The translations under genes were made by a program, and so were the position numbers. 64,000 bases of DNA from positions 21,215,964 through 21,279,963 of the forward strand of contig JAUZTB010000068.1 of assembly GCA_034780895.1 (NCBI GenBank). The letters run 5' to 3'. This document shows, in pieces, positions 38,649-52,659 of the stretch. The stretch is from Rhynchobatus australiae. Taxonomy: Eukaryota. Below the pieces are notes generated by a model. That model saw only the letters and a program-made list of their open reading frames with translations, did not search any database and had not been told where the DNA came from. How positions within the stretch are numbered: the stretch's first letter is position 1; each line of letters starts with the position of its first letter.

Positions 38649-40702
38649 CTGAACCAAGGATAAAATTACAGCATGAAGAAACTGAATTATGAATTGAAAA
38701 ATTTCAACAAAAAAAAGAAAATGGAACTGATATATGAAAGACATGCATCAACATAAACTCAGTAACTTGCACTTAATTTGAATCTTCAACATTGCAAATT
38801 CTTCCAAGGTGTTGCAAAAAGGGAGGAGAGAATAAACATTTAGATTGAGCTAGAAAATCTCTAAATTAGAACAAATACAATTCTTACAGGCCTAGTAGAA
38901 AAAAGTAGGCTATAAACTGGCAAATTTGACAAAGCTTAAAATGCTCTGCAACAAAAATTATGACAGCCAGGCCAGACAAAAAAAAAATCTTGATACAACT
39001 TCAAAGAAAATTCTAAAACACTTTTAAAGCTAAACTCAAAGAGAATAATAAATGAGCTCTCTTGGTGCAAGAAAGCAAACATCTGCAAAGCTAATTCTTC
39101 ACAATTTAGTAATGCAGAGAACATCCTTGCGCTGATATTGCTTTTCTTGTGCAACATTTCTACATTAATATTGTACAACTTAAAAAAAACACACAGGTAG
39201 AGAATTATGTTTGGGCAACATAGTGAACACAGATAATTTAGAACTGGACACTGGAGACTTTCAAATCATTAATTTGGGCATTATTTTCACACATGCTCTG
39301 AACATAAAACAACAGTGTTAGCAAATGCTCCAGACACTACTAACCATATATACATACTTTGCTGTACAGTATCTCACAAAATTGATTATTCCTTAGGCCA
39401 CAGGGACAACTTTGGGCTGTGAATTTCTCAACATTCCCAAGGATGTTGCTTGCTTAATTACCAACATGTGGTGTGAAGTCATAAATTACTGATTATTAGC
39501 AGTTTTTCCTATTTTTCAAAATAAAGCTCATCTCAGCTGTTCGCTTTGAATGCAATCAATTAGAATGGCAGAGATTGAATAATTATGAATCTAATTACAT
39601 TCTCAGACTGCAATACCAATAAACTAGTTCATCCAGTGAATGGATGAGTTATACAAATCAGCGAGGGTCAAGGTTATGTAGAACTTAGCTAACATCAGCT
39701 AAAGTATAGTTCTGAAGAGGGAAAACAAGCAGGATTCTATCATCTAATGGTGAATTTTATTTGAACATGGATGTTAGACAAAGATATGATTGGTTTGATT
39801 CTGATTCCACCTCTTCCATGCCCTCTGCTGAAATTACTGCCAACACTGAAGGCCACCTGCATGGAACATTAAAAGATCCCAGTGGACACCTGATAAATGA
39901 GGTGAGGAAACTAGAAATTAAAAGAGTCTTGATTGGAGCCCAATTGCTCATGATGAATTGATAGAGGTAGGGTATAGGAGCTTCACTACAAGTTATAAGG
40001 ATAATTTTAAAGGAGGTCCACTTATGGAAGTTTCTTAATTGAATGTAAACTCAATAAAGTAAGACACAAAATCCTAATATTAATTTCTTTCAATAGTGGG
40101 GAGATGTACATCATATGCATTTAAGAAGATAGCACCAAAGAGATTGTAAGATATGAGAGTAGGTTGCTTATGCAACTTGCATAAGTGTTTGGGCAAGAAT
40201 TTGCATAATTGTTTCATTCACGTGCATTGCAGACAAGACTTTTGCTAAAGACAAAGTCAATGTCTGTAAGTTTAAACCAACATATTTGCAACATTAGTAG
40301 TATTGCTTCCTTTAGCATAATGGCATTATGCAAGTGGCTTACTCCTGGCTTATCTTTTCTTCCACACTATCCATGAAAAATTAAAAAAGGCCTGAACTTT
40401 ATGCCCAAATATTTTTGCTACTTCCTGTATTGGGTACATTTTGTTTTATGAAGGGTGGATTTTCATCCCAGCACTGCAATTACCTGAAATCAATCTGGAA
40501 TCTTGTACATTTCAGAAATTTATTCCAAATCATTGGGCATTTTGTACCATAGGTTAGGGGATCCTGTGCATTTCATTCCCTGTTCTAACAGGTTACTATA
40601 TTTTTCATATATCAAAAACAAAGAAACTGCACTGTGAGGATAGTTTTCAATTAAAAATAGTCCATACACAAGTTTGAATCGATATGGAATACTATTTCTT
40701 AC

Positions 40703-40862
40703 CTTGTGGCGTGTAATTTGCTGTTGTATTTTAGCTGTTTGAGTTCCTACAGGTTCAGAGTTGGCCAATTTCTTCTCTTTACTGGTCAACCAGTCATTCA
40801 GTGGTTCTGCGGTCTCATGGAACTGCTTTGCAATGACTAAAATATTGTCCAACTGCCTCTGC
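40703..40862 (-). CDS. MACF1: MACF1 exon ([16 protein letters not shown]...ITRHK), 160 nt
   Basis: cag|G (phase 2) and AAG|gtaaga. Confidence 0.93.
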
Positions 40863-42880
40863 CTGTAGTAAAATACATCAAGCAAGGCACTGTGATGGTT
40901 CTAATCAGCTTTAAGTATTTTTGCTGTGCAAATATTCATGCAAACAGAATCACAAATCAATATAAACCAAATGTGCCATTTAATATCTCAATGTGGAAAG
41001 ATCGGCAACAACTTCCAGCTAAGCTAACTGACCAAGCTGTGACTGCTTAAACCAGTTAACGTGCAAAAACATCTGACCCCATTTAAGAGAAAATCAATGT
41101 GAAGATGTGACTAGGTCAAATAAATAGGGTTGTCAATTAGTCAGAGATTTTAATGCATCAAATTGCATAATGGCATTAGAGTTTGCAAAATAAAATTGCA
41201 ATATCCTTTGCAAGCTCTGCAGGGCATATTCCTTGAGGGGGAGAAACGCCAGCTCCTGGATTTGCAGAACGTATAATTCAGATCCTAATGTTACTATACA
41301 ACCATGGATTCAGAAGATTTCACTAAGCTACAGGGCAAGGGACATGTATTTTTAAATCTATCCTGTGTGATTACTATGATTAAGATGAATGCCATAGGAA
41401 CTATGTGCACCTCTGTGTAGAATTTTCCATTTGCAAATGCCTAAATGGGGGTGTTCCTTTTTAAATAAGGACACACATATCTATAATCAGAATCACTGGA
41501 TTCATACCAGGTCTTATCCATATACATAGTATTTAAAACAAAATATTCAAATAAAATGAGTTGTTCTCCTAGTGTATGATCCTCAACAGAAACACGAGTA
41601 CGTGAATGGAACTATGAACCTAAAATGGAGTAACTATTATTTTGGGTCTGCATTAAGCTGTTGTAAAGGATGTTGACAGTGATCTGCTATGCAGCTGCAC
41701 ACACACATGATTCATGAAGTTATTATAGCACAAATGCAGTCAACTGTTTACCAACCCAAAAATTATTACAAAATCTACTCCACACCAGCTGCAACAAAAC
41801 CTCATCATTAGTTCACACACAGTGCTCATACAAAGGTTTTGAAAGCATATATTGAGATCTTTCTGAGTTCAAATGAAACAAGAACAAGCTTTTCTATTAG
41901 TACATTTTCTGTTTTCAAATGTATGGAATTAAGATTATCAACAATACAGATGTAGATCAAGTTTTTAAGTGTTCTCCTCTGACATTGTTTGTATAATGAC
42001 ACACATCTATAATTTTAGATACACTGAAAGTTCCGTAAATGCTGTTTTATTGTTTGTCCTCCCATAATACTGATATGAATCTCAACAATTAGTGCATCAT
42101 TACACTATTATTTGAGCAACTGGGTTTTTGGGCTGGATTTTGCCGGGAAATGCTGACATTTCAAAGTTGAACTTCTCGCATTTCCCTGCATAAATGTCAC
42201 TAAGTGAAAAACGCCAGAAACAGGAAAATCTCAGACTTGCAGGGCATTCTTCACCTGTCATTTTGTGAGTATAGTCTGCTGTTGGACACCTCACAGAATC
42301 TAGCAGCAGATCCTGGTGGTATGGCAATTCTCCAGCACTTATAGTGGAAACCCACTTTTGAAACCTCGTCAGGTTACATCAAGTGCACAGTGACTCATTC
42401 ATTTGAATAGAGAGGTAGTCTGAGGGAGAAAGAAATTAATTGATTAAAAAAAATGTAAATTGCTTAAGTATGGTTTGTTTTTTTTAAATAGTGCTGGTAG
42501 CTTTTGAAGTGTTTCAGTTTGTGATCATTTTAATAAAAATATTTTAAATTCTTCAAAGTGAGTTTCCAATGATTCCAAAAAGCACTGACATTACATTGTG
42601 CAAGTCCCTTATGCCATGCAGGTGACTACCACTGAGGTTTGGGAGTGCAAGCTGACAACTGTGGACCTACATTAGAAAAGCTTGCATTAACCACATACTG
42701 TAGGTGGGTGACAAGTACAGGTGGAGATCTGGCCCATTAAAATACATCCTAAGATGTAATTTACAACCTCATATACCATGCCTGGCTAAGAATGACTAGT
42801 TCTGAAAAAGTGAAGAATGTTTCTATATCATTCTAAGAGCACCTTGTCTCTACCTACATGAAAGTAAAAAAGCCATATAC

Positions 42881-43047
42881 CTTGCAGCAGCCTTGTTGAG
42901 CAAACCGTCCCATCTCTCTCGTAGATTTTGCAGTTGTTTCTGGATCTTATCCTTTTCTGCTGTTTCTGCAGACTCTGCAATCCTCTCCCCCTCAGCCTTA
43001 ATAATCTCCACTGTGGATTTGCGATCATCTAGTAGTCTNNNNNNNNN
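42881..43047 (-). CDS. MACF1: MACF1 exon (...[11 protein letters not shown]...NKAAA); acceptor and first ~3 codons lie in an N gap
   Basis: Donor AAG|gtatat; readable 42881-43038; 5' end estimated from the expected length of 167 nt. Confidence 0.88.
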
Positions 43048-43519
43048 NAGTGGCAAAGATTTTCAAGAACTTGAGATTTAAATTTGTTTTTGCTTTCCCC
43101 ATAGAACAATATTGTGAAGCATTGGCCCTGAATACCTAAAGGTACCAGCATTTCTTAATATAGCAAGACACTTTTGGGATTTTGGTACTGCTAAACTTGT
43201 GGATTTTTGGATTATTGAATGTTACTGTTTTTATTAACCTAAACACACTTTTATTTCAGTATATTTTACATGATACAATTTTCTAGTGAACCTGGTTAGT
43301 TTAAAGAAAGTAGCAAATATAGAAACCCTCCAGACCCTGTCCCTGGCCACAAATTTATCCACGTTCCTGGCCCCAACACCATAAAACACCTGACCCATAG
43401 TCATGATGTTTGCCCTGGCCGTATGCAAATTCCTGTCTGGCCACACACCTTGCTTGTACTCTGGATCCCCAACTCATATTCTGGACTTATTCTGAGTGCA
43501 CCAGATGCTGAACCATCAG

Positions 43520-43679
43520 AGACACAAGAGACTACAGATGCTGGAATTTGGAGCAACAAACAATCTGCCGGAGGAACTCAGCGGGTCAAGCAGCATCTGT
43601 GGAAGGAAAGGAAATGTCAACATTTCAGTTCAAAACCCTGTATCAGGATCCTGATGCAGGATTTTGCCCCAAAATGTTG
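43520..43679. mobile_element. Penelope-type remnant with a central palindrome
   Basis: cagatgctggaat...ggaggaactcagcgggtcaagcagcatctgtgga, followed by an inverted repeat centred on atcaggatcctgat. Confidence 0.65.
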
Positions 43680-46206
43680 NNNNNNNNNNNNNNNNNNNNN
43701 NNNNNNNNNNNNNNNNNNNNNNNNNNNNNNNNNNNNNNNNNNNNNNNNNNNNNNNNNNNNNNNNNNNNNNNNNNNNNNNNNNNNNNNNNNNNNNNNNNNN
43801 NNNNNNNNNNNNNNNNNNNNNNNNNNNNNNNNNNNNNNNNNNNNNNNNNNNNNNNNNNNNNNNNNNNNNNNNNNNNNNNNNNNNNNNNNNNNNNNNNNNN
43901 NNNNNNNNNNNNNNNNNNNNNNNNNNNNNNNNNNNNNNNNNNNNNNNNNNNNNNNNNNCCCCTTCTCCCAACCTGCAGACTTACCATGTGTTTTTCCAAA
44001 AAGGGCATTGGGAAGACTACAAATATAAAGATTAAACATAGCAGTGCACACAGAAAAGCAGCTGGAAACTGTGCCAAAACTGTCAGCCAAAAATGCTCCA
44101 TGATAAAGACCCCATTGATTTGATTAGTTTTTCATCTGAGTTTAATGCAACAATAACATTCAAGAATGCTACTGCAGACAGATTGTGAGGTGTCACCAGG
44201 TTGCCAACCTTTTCAAACTTCCAGGACTTCTGCTTTTCTAACTATGAGTAGGGAAATTTAACTTCACAAAGCTGGAACTGTTCCAGTACCATCAGAATAG
44301 TCCATATCACAAACCTGATAGAACTGCATTCCCTTATCTCCAAAGATATATCCATAAACACAACTCTGTCTTCCTCAATGCAGAGAAATCATTCTTTTAA
44401 TACAGTAAAATCTGAAAAGTTTATTGGGAGCCTGGAACTAATCTCTCCCACTTGAAATCTTTGTTTGTTTATTTTGTTATTGAATCTTCTCATCTACAAA
44501 TTAAACCACACTATAAAAGGGACAGGAATATGGAACTCCGAGCTTAAAACAATATACAACACAAATGAAACTCTAGAATTCCAAAACTGCTTTAGAATGA
44601 TTCATATAAACTTATTATCTAAATCACGCTAAGCCATTTTCAACAATGTTAAACACCTCTCATAGCCTTATGGTTTAAGTGTTTTATTAAAATGTGGGCC
44701 ACGAAATTCATTGAAAATCAATTTAATCTGGCGTAAATTGCCTTTACATTATCATTGGGATGTCTTTAATTGGGTGGTCCCTGGAAAACATGGGCTTAAA
44801 ATGCAGCATTGCCTTAAGTGGACTGCAAGTAAAATACTCAGCTAGGTCCTGAGGCACCCACAAAATCCTAATCCTGCACTGATTAACCCCATCAGCCTTT
44901 CACCAGATCTTCAACCTACCTATGAGACCCCCTCCTTCCCATCTGAATCCCACTGACTATTACACACACCCTGATCACCAAGCAGAATGCCCACACTTTC
45001 CCCTTGGCTGCACCTGAATTTTGACACAGTGGGACAACAAACATTATGATCATTCTTCCACTACAACTATGCTAGTATAATGTGCCCTTTAGGGTGCACT
45101 AGAGTTTCTAAACAGTGGTTATATGCCCAGGACTGCATGGGTTTGAAAAGTCATTTGATTAAATGGTGGATTGCGCAGCATCATTTTTGGGCACTAAGCA
45201 ATTCAATTTCAATGAAAAATCACTTGTAAAGGAAAATGGTGCACTTAATGAGTTCCATGGGCCATAAGATTTTTCTGCACCATCCTTATCACAAACCCAA
45301 ATATCCCCTTTCATGACATTCATTCCCTTAACTGAACGCCCCAACCACTGATGCAACACTACCCTCTTCAGCCCCCCTACCTTATGGTTCAGGTCTTAAC
45401 CCAATTCCTCTATCTAGCCTTGGCAATTGACCTTTGCTCTCATTTTGCCTACTATTTATCAGAAGCCAACTTTCATCTCGAAGCTCCCTACCAACCTCTC
45501 AAAATGACTTTCTGGCCCAACTTTTTTGCCAATCATGACCCATATTTGATGATGCAAATTAACTTCACTTCTTCATCTACTAAACGGCACCCCAAACTGA
45601 TTTAATCCTTGATAACAGTCTGCCCATCCAGTGATCTACTAGACCCACATTTAGTTTATTTCCTTAAAGTGATGAGTAGTGGTCTTGCACACCACTGAAT
45701 TCTGCAGTGACATGGCCTTGAAGAAAACATTTGCTGGCCTGCTGCTTTCGAGCTGAGGGAAGTGAAAGACTGAACATCTGTTTCCTTATGTTCAAGTTAC
45801 ACAAGCAACACGACAAATATTTTAATGGAATTGAGTTATCACATTGTGCATCTGTGGGAGGAGAAAAAAACCTGTTTTTCNNNNNNNNNNAGGACCCTTT
45901 AAGAAAAGATGGAAAACTGGCATTGAAATGAGTATCATTCTTCCAAAGAACTGCAGAGAAGTAGTGATTTTAGCTATTCCAATTTGGCATTGATCCAATG
46001 GAGAGCCATTTGTTCATCTCTGCAAATGGAACAAATGTCTCTTTGTAGCCCATATGCTGGAAATGAAAAATGCAATAAGGTACTTTACAAGTTTGCCTCA
46101 TGTTTTACGTTTTACCCTTCTAGTGTATGGCTATTGAAATATAAACAGCCAAGTGCAAGTACTGAAAACATTCCACATATAACACCACGCATAGAACAGA
46201 AAATAC

Positions 46207-46377
46207 CTTCTGCTCCTGAATTTGTGCCTTCACCACTTTATATTCTGCTGAAGGAGGTTTCTGATTGGCAATTAGCTCTTCTGTATCAGTAAGCCAACTC
46301 AACAAAGGTTCCAAAGCATCCTGGAACTTTCCACGATGTAACAGTGCTTCTTGTAACTGTGATATACGTTCTGCCAC
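46207..46377 (-). CDS. MACF1: MACF1 exon ([14 protein letters not shown]...QIQEQK), 171 nt
   Basis: cag|GTG and AAG|gtattt; SAEYKVVK matches MACF1 as recalled. Confidence 0.93.
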
Positions 46378-48409
46378 CTGAAAAAAAATTACAAACAGTA
46401 TTAACAATTTTAATTTAGGATTCCGCTCCTCGAGTAGAAGGCAAATAACAAGGCAAATATTAAGAGTGAGGAGGGGAAGAAGAGAACAATAGAGAGGACT
46501 GGGAAGTGGGGGTGGAGCAGGTAATAGTTGGGGGTAGGGAAGAGATGAAGTGGCAGAGGCAAAGGGAAGGAAGAACTAAAAGTGGACAATCGTCTGCCAT
46601 GGTGAACATGACTCACCACCTGCTGTCCCACAGGGGACTAACAGGGATTAGATGATTATCAATAGGTTTAAAACAGTAACTGAAACAAGACAAATGTTCA
46701 GACATTGCTTTTATGAATTAAGACCTGTTGAATTATTCTTTTGAATTTCATCTGAAGCACAGTCCATTTTTCTTGTCTAAATTGCAAATATTTCTTTCAA
46801 CCCTGGAACCTAAACATCTAAGTATCTTTATTAATTCATGATTTTCATTAAATCTTTTTTTCATTGCTGAATGTGTAATGGTTATTAGGTACACTCGCAT
46901 GCTCATCCAATTGCTTTTTACTTGTATCAACTCACAATGAGTGATGTTTGGCTATTCAATTGCATTGGAACACAGGGGGAACCGAGATCTTCCATCATTT
47001 GTTATGCGTACTTGNNNNNNNNNNNNNNNNNNNNNNNNNNNNNNNNNNNNNNNNNNNNNNNNNNNNNNNNNNNNNNNNNNNNNNNNNNNNNNNNNNNNNN
47101 NNNNNNNNNNNNNNATAGTTGGATTCTTGCTGGCATCATAAATTTCTAGAAGCGAGGGGCATCAGAGGGAAGGGGAAGAGTGTGGGAATATGACTCAGAG
47201 ATAGATGATCAACCTCTGCTGAAGGCAGAGCAGGCTTGGTGAGCTGAATGGCTGACTGCTGCTCCTCTTTTCTATGTTTTAATGCATAATTACCCAAAAT
47301 GCTTGGAATACAAACAGGAAACACCCACATCTCTGTAAATCCTTTACAATAGCCATTAGTCAGTGAAAGGTAGATTGTAATAAAGTGCAACATAAATGAC
47401 ACTTAGTGGTCTAAGTCAGCGCCAGAGATCACAATCATTCTTTAACATCTGAAAATCTTACCAAATTAGTTGTATCATGTTTAATATTAATGTGAAAATT
47501 AGTGTTCTGACAACACTGTAAAATCCTGGTATTAGGCATCACAACTAACTATTAATAGGGTTAATTCCTTATGTCATAAGTCACAGTATTTTGTTCTCTT
47601 TAAAGTATAGAGAGTATTCAGCAATTGAAACAAAAGGTCATTCTAATGTTTCCCTTTGGAAGCATCTGCAGTGTNNNNNNNNNNTCATCTAAATTTTCCC
47701 AGCTTTAAGAAGCAGTTTTCCATTTTGTTTAAAATTTGGAAGGAGCACTTATTGGTCTTTTTCTCCAGGAAGTGACACACGGGAAGATGGCTGCCTTCAA
47801 CCCTCACCAGAACCTCCCACACCAGTCAGCTTTGAGTACCAGTCTCTCGGTTGGTGACTCTGTGAACTTGGAAGCAGTACAGAGAAACCTTCAAAGAGCT
47901 TGCCAGGTGAGCCAGGAAATGAGAATCCACCATCACTTTATGTTTGCACTGCATCGTAAAAAGGAACTGAAAGCTTTGTAATGAAAAGTTTTGAGTCAGT
48001 GGGGTCCCTGCTTCCCTTTGGAACTATTCATCCCCTTAAAATTTTAAAAATATTCAGTTTTTCAAACTGTCACGAAATATGGTGGTCTTGATTTTCTTGA
48101 GAGGGATCTGTCACCTGTGCCCACCACTTCTGTATGTTTACCTGCTCTAAATCTGCAAAGTCAAAATTGCAACAGACCCAGAGACAAGTGGCGATTAATG
48201 GATTAACTTGCTCAGTCATCGTGGAAACGTGACGCACAAATTTTAAGGAATGAACCTTTGAACTAATCATTGCTTCTACAGTCTCAATATACAGAGGTTA
48301 TTAAAGATATTTTTAAATACTTTTCCTTTAGAATAAATGACTTATATTACCCTCACCCACCCACCCCACAAAAAAAGTTGCTTTTCACAAATGAAAAGGA
48401 AAAACTGAC

Positions 48410-48571
48410 CTTTTTGTTGAGTGTGTTCCACCTGGTATTAATTTCATCCAGATCATGTTCAAGTCCTTGTGTATTAGCATTCTTTGCAGCACTCTGAATA
48501 AGACCCTGGCCTACTCCATTGGCCTGCTGAAGTTTGTATTGTATAGGATCCACCTGAACCTTTTGGAATGT
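48410..48571 (-). CDS. MACF1: MACF1 exon ([11 protein letters not shown]...WNTLNKK), 162 nt
   Basis: tttcag|ACA and AAG|gtcagt; phase-0 acceptor; first rod exon in the window. Confidence 0.93.
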
Positions 48572-49769
48572 CTGAAATGAAAGAATGAAAAACAATACTG
48601 CTCACAAAAGGTCACAATGAAATATTATCCAATTAAATTTCCTCAAGGGATAGAGGATTTATGGTGTGAACTATACTAAAGACAATACAAAATTAAAATA
48701 ACTTAGATACAAAAAGATCTCTTGGAAAACTGGACAGATTGAAATCAAGCTCAAAGGTACAAAATGGAAGAACAGCTTGAATCTTAGTTTGAAAGGTCTA
48801 TGCAATTTTTTTTTTACAAATGTTATTCAAGACAAAGAGCAAGCCAAAGATGGTAATAAAGTTGACGTGAAAGTAAAGCTACCTCCAGAGTTCTGAAAAC
48901 ATAGGAACTCAGATCACATTTCAACCTAGATATATAAAAAAACTTGTTACTCAACATTATCAGATAGAGATATTTAAAAGAACACTAAGGAATGTGAATA
49001 ACACATGTATGATGACCAAATAAACGTAAAAATCTATAGAAACTCCAGCCCTTCTCTCAAGTTATAAATAATGTTATTCTATACATATCACAGACCTGGA
49101 AGAAAGANNNNNNNNNNGTGTGGTTTGTTGATATTTCCTATCATCATCTGTTTAGTGGGCTTCCTGTGTTGGCATTTCTCTGATTCTATTAGCAGCTTTT
49201 GGAAAAATTTTGAAGATTCTGTATTTTAGTTATTCACGACTATCACTTAAAATAATTTTTATTTGTTTAAGATTTTATTTAAACTAATTTCAGCCCTTCC
49301 AGAAGAGTTCTTGCTTGTCATCTGCAGAAGAGAAAATACCTTTCACTTGGTCTGTACCTACAAGATATAAAGCAAGATCATGTTTTGTTTCAATTATCTG
49401 AGTGGAATTTATCTTCGAGGAGCATAAAGCTGGGTATAAAATATTTCCTTGACCACAGAATTCACTTGCACATTTCTGGGAAATGGAAACAGATATCCAA
49501 CTCTTACAAAAAGGTTTTTATGCATATAATAGCTTTTCAGATAGCCATGCATAAAACCAGTTAGATATAAAGTCACAAGGTTAATTCTTTTAGGTTTGGC
49601 GTAATCATTGCATACTATAGTCATACTATGGAAAATCATACAAAAATGACGACGCCAAATGTTCAAAAATAGTTTGTAGGGGCCAAATGCATAATTTCAG
49701 ATGATCACAATCTTCAGATAACAATTTAGAAACATTAAGTATAAATTCAACATGCATGAGCCAAGTGAT

Positions 49770-51590
49770 TTAAACAGGCATTGATAAGGAAAGGGGAAGT
49801 AGAATACCAGTGTAAGCTAGTGAGAAACAAACTAACTGTAAGAGCCCCTATAGATGTGTAAAAGGAAAAGATTAGCACCAGTTAAAGAGGGTCATTTTTT
49901 GACAGAGGGGAGAACTATATTAGTGAACAAGGAAATGGCAAAGAAATTAAAAAAGCATTTTGATTCTGTCATTGTGGAAGACACAGAAACAAACTTAGAA
50001 GTTGTGGAAGTATCCAGGTCTAGAGTGAATGAGGAGCTGAAAGAAATCAGCATTAGGAAAAGAAAAACAAAACAAGGTGGTGGAAAAATTAACAGGACTG
50101 AAAGGACATAAATCCCTATGACTTGATGACATGCATCCTACGGCTCTGAAGGCAGCTGCTTTGGTGATGGTAGAATCATTGATCATCACTTTTCAAAATT
50201 CTACATTAGATTCTGGAAGAGTTCCTACAGATTGGAAGGGAGCAACTATTTAAGAGAGAAGACAGGGACCTATTGATCCAGTTGGGCTGACACCAGCAGT
50301 GGGAAATATGCTGGAATTTGTTATTAGGGAACTAGAAAACAAAGAGGATTTGAGAGGGTCAACATGGATTTCTGAAAGAGAAAAATATTTGACAAATCTA
50401 TTGGAATTTTTGAGGTTGCAACTAGCAGAATAGACAATGCTGAACCAGTTGATGTGGTATATTTGGACTCTCAGAAACCCTTTGGTACGAGATCATTAAA
50501 TAAAATTAGAGCACATGATATTGTGGATTATATTTGTGTGGATTGAGCATTGGTTACCTGACAAGAAACAGAGGAATAAATGGGTCATTTTCAAGTTGTG
50601 ACAAATGGGGTACCAAGGGGATTGGTATTAAGGAAGCAGCTTTCACAATCTTTAACAATGATTTGGAGAAGGGGATCAAATACAATATACCAATGTTCCC
50701 TGATAAGTACTAATTAAGTACCAGAATGGGCTGCAAGGAGAATGCAGAGAGGCGTCAGGGGAATACAGTCAGGGTACATGAATGTGCAATGGCTGGTGGA
50801 ACATAACATGGAAAATGCGAATCAATCATTTTGGAAGAAGAGAAAATAAAAGACAGTTTTGTTTTTAAATGGTGAGAGATCACAAGTTATTGGTGTCAAG
50901 AGAAGTCTGGGAATCCTTGTACCTGAGTCACTGAAAGTTAATATGCAGGTTCAGCAAGCAATTAGGGATGCATATGGTATGTTGCTCTTTAATAAAAGTG
51001 ACTTTTAGTACAAGATGAACTGTTTTTCTCTAATTATAGAGTCCCAGGTGACTGAAAATATTGGGTACAGGTTTGGTCTCTCTACCCAAGGAAGGATATT
51101 CTGCGACAGAAGCAGTGTAACAAAGATTCATTGAGTTGAGTTCTGAAATGGCTGGTTTATCGTATGAGAAGAGATTAAGCAGACTAGGCTTGTACTCTCA
51201 AGCCTGGAAGTCTAAGAGAGGTAATCTCATTGCAATATCAAAATGGGCTTGACAAGGCCAATACAAAATTGAAGTTTCCCTTGGCTGAGTGTCTAGAACT
51301 AGAGGTCACAGTCTCAAAATACGGGGTCAGCCATTCAGTNNNNNNNNNNNNNNNNNNNNNNNNNNNNNNTCTAGAAGGTAGCAAATCTTGGGAATTCACC
51401 ACTCTGGCAGGCTGTAAAGTGAGTTTGCTGAGAAAAGAGTAAAAGATTACTAAATATTAAGGGAACCAAGGGAAATGGGGTTAGTGCAGGAAAGAGGCAC
51501 TGAAGCAAAAGATCGGCCATCATCTCACTGAATAGCAGAACAGTCACAAGTGATCAAATAACTTATTCTAGCTTTTACTTCTTGTGTCAA
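49770..51590 (+). mobile_element. CR1 LINE ORF2 relic (~1.8 kb)
   Basis: Colinear decayed motifs in the expected order: VP-x-DWK-x-A, QHGF, TNLLEFF, VDVVYLD-x-QK-x-F, GVP-x-G, QRFI-x-L, WE-F tail. Confidence 0.85.
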
Positions 51591-52659
51591 TGGGATTGGA
51601 AATACCCCCCAATGGTTGAGAAGTGCATGTTATCTGGCACCAGCAAAGCAACTGAAAACACTGACCAATAATGTTTTATCTTAATTAAAACTAAATATTT
51701 TTAAAAAATATATCTGGAAAGACCAATTTGTTAGCAATTTCAGCAAAAATTGGAAAAATCTACTTTCAGTTCTAGCTGTCTGCCACACAAAGCCAATGCC
51801 CATGGATTCTATACTCCCATGTCTTAACATTCAAGTGATTTCCCAAACCAAGGAAAAGGGCATAGTATGTGCAAGTTATTAACAAAAGATTACACTTTCA
51901 GTTTGTGTTAGGCCATGACACAAAACAGACAACTTCAAATGAACATTTGAAAAAAACATTTTGACAACATGCTACACAAGTTATTGATTCCATCAGCCAA
52001 CCTTGTGCAAATACTCAAGATGTTTTCAAGACTTCTGCTTTTAGAGATCCAAGAATGAATTGATCCAAGAATCCAAGCATGACCATATAAATGATCAACA
52101 CCAGAAAATGATCTAATAGCTTTCACAGTTGTAAACACAGTATATTCAAAATAGAGAAGGAATGTGAAAGCACAAGACCTTGGCATATACTTATCATGTA
52201 GTATGAATATTTCTAATGCACATAAAAGACCCGAAAATAGGAAAAAAAAGCAAATCTCAGCCAAAGAATCAGACAATACAAAAACAGGGCCTTTGGCACA
52301 TTGTGCGCATGCTACCCATTTTCCAGCACCTGACCCATGAACTGCTCTACCATTTGCTCATCGAATTACTTTTTAAATGTCAGAATAGGTACCTCAACAA
52401 GCCATCTGAGATAGTGCATTCCGGATTTCAACCACCCCTTACGTTAAACCTTTACCCTATCTACGCTTTCTCATAATTTCATAGACCTCATCCAGGTTTT
52501 CCCCCAACCCCCCATCTAAAAATACAAACACAGTCCACCAGTCGCTCCTCGTAGCTGAAACACTCCATCCTAGACGGCATCCTGGTGAATGTCTTTCGCA
52601 TCCTCTCTGTTATGAGTGACAACTGAGGTACAATAACTGATGACATATCCTGAGTTGCA

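Noticed and set aside
47796-47847. Possible 52-nt cassette exon on the - strand (cacag|AGTCACC...TTCTG|gtgagg)
   Set aside because: Not frame-preserving and no recognisable homology; cannot be told from a chance pseudo-exon without RNA data.
729-48571. Assignment to the paralog dystonin (DST/BPAG1)
   Set aside because: Residues such as [25 protein letters not shown] and ATEFQNSLQ, and the KIAA0754-type N-terminus, fit MACF1 better as I recall them; a phylogeny would confirm.
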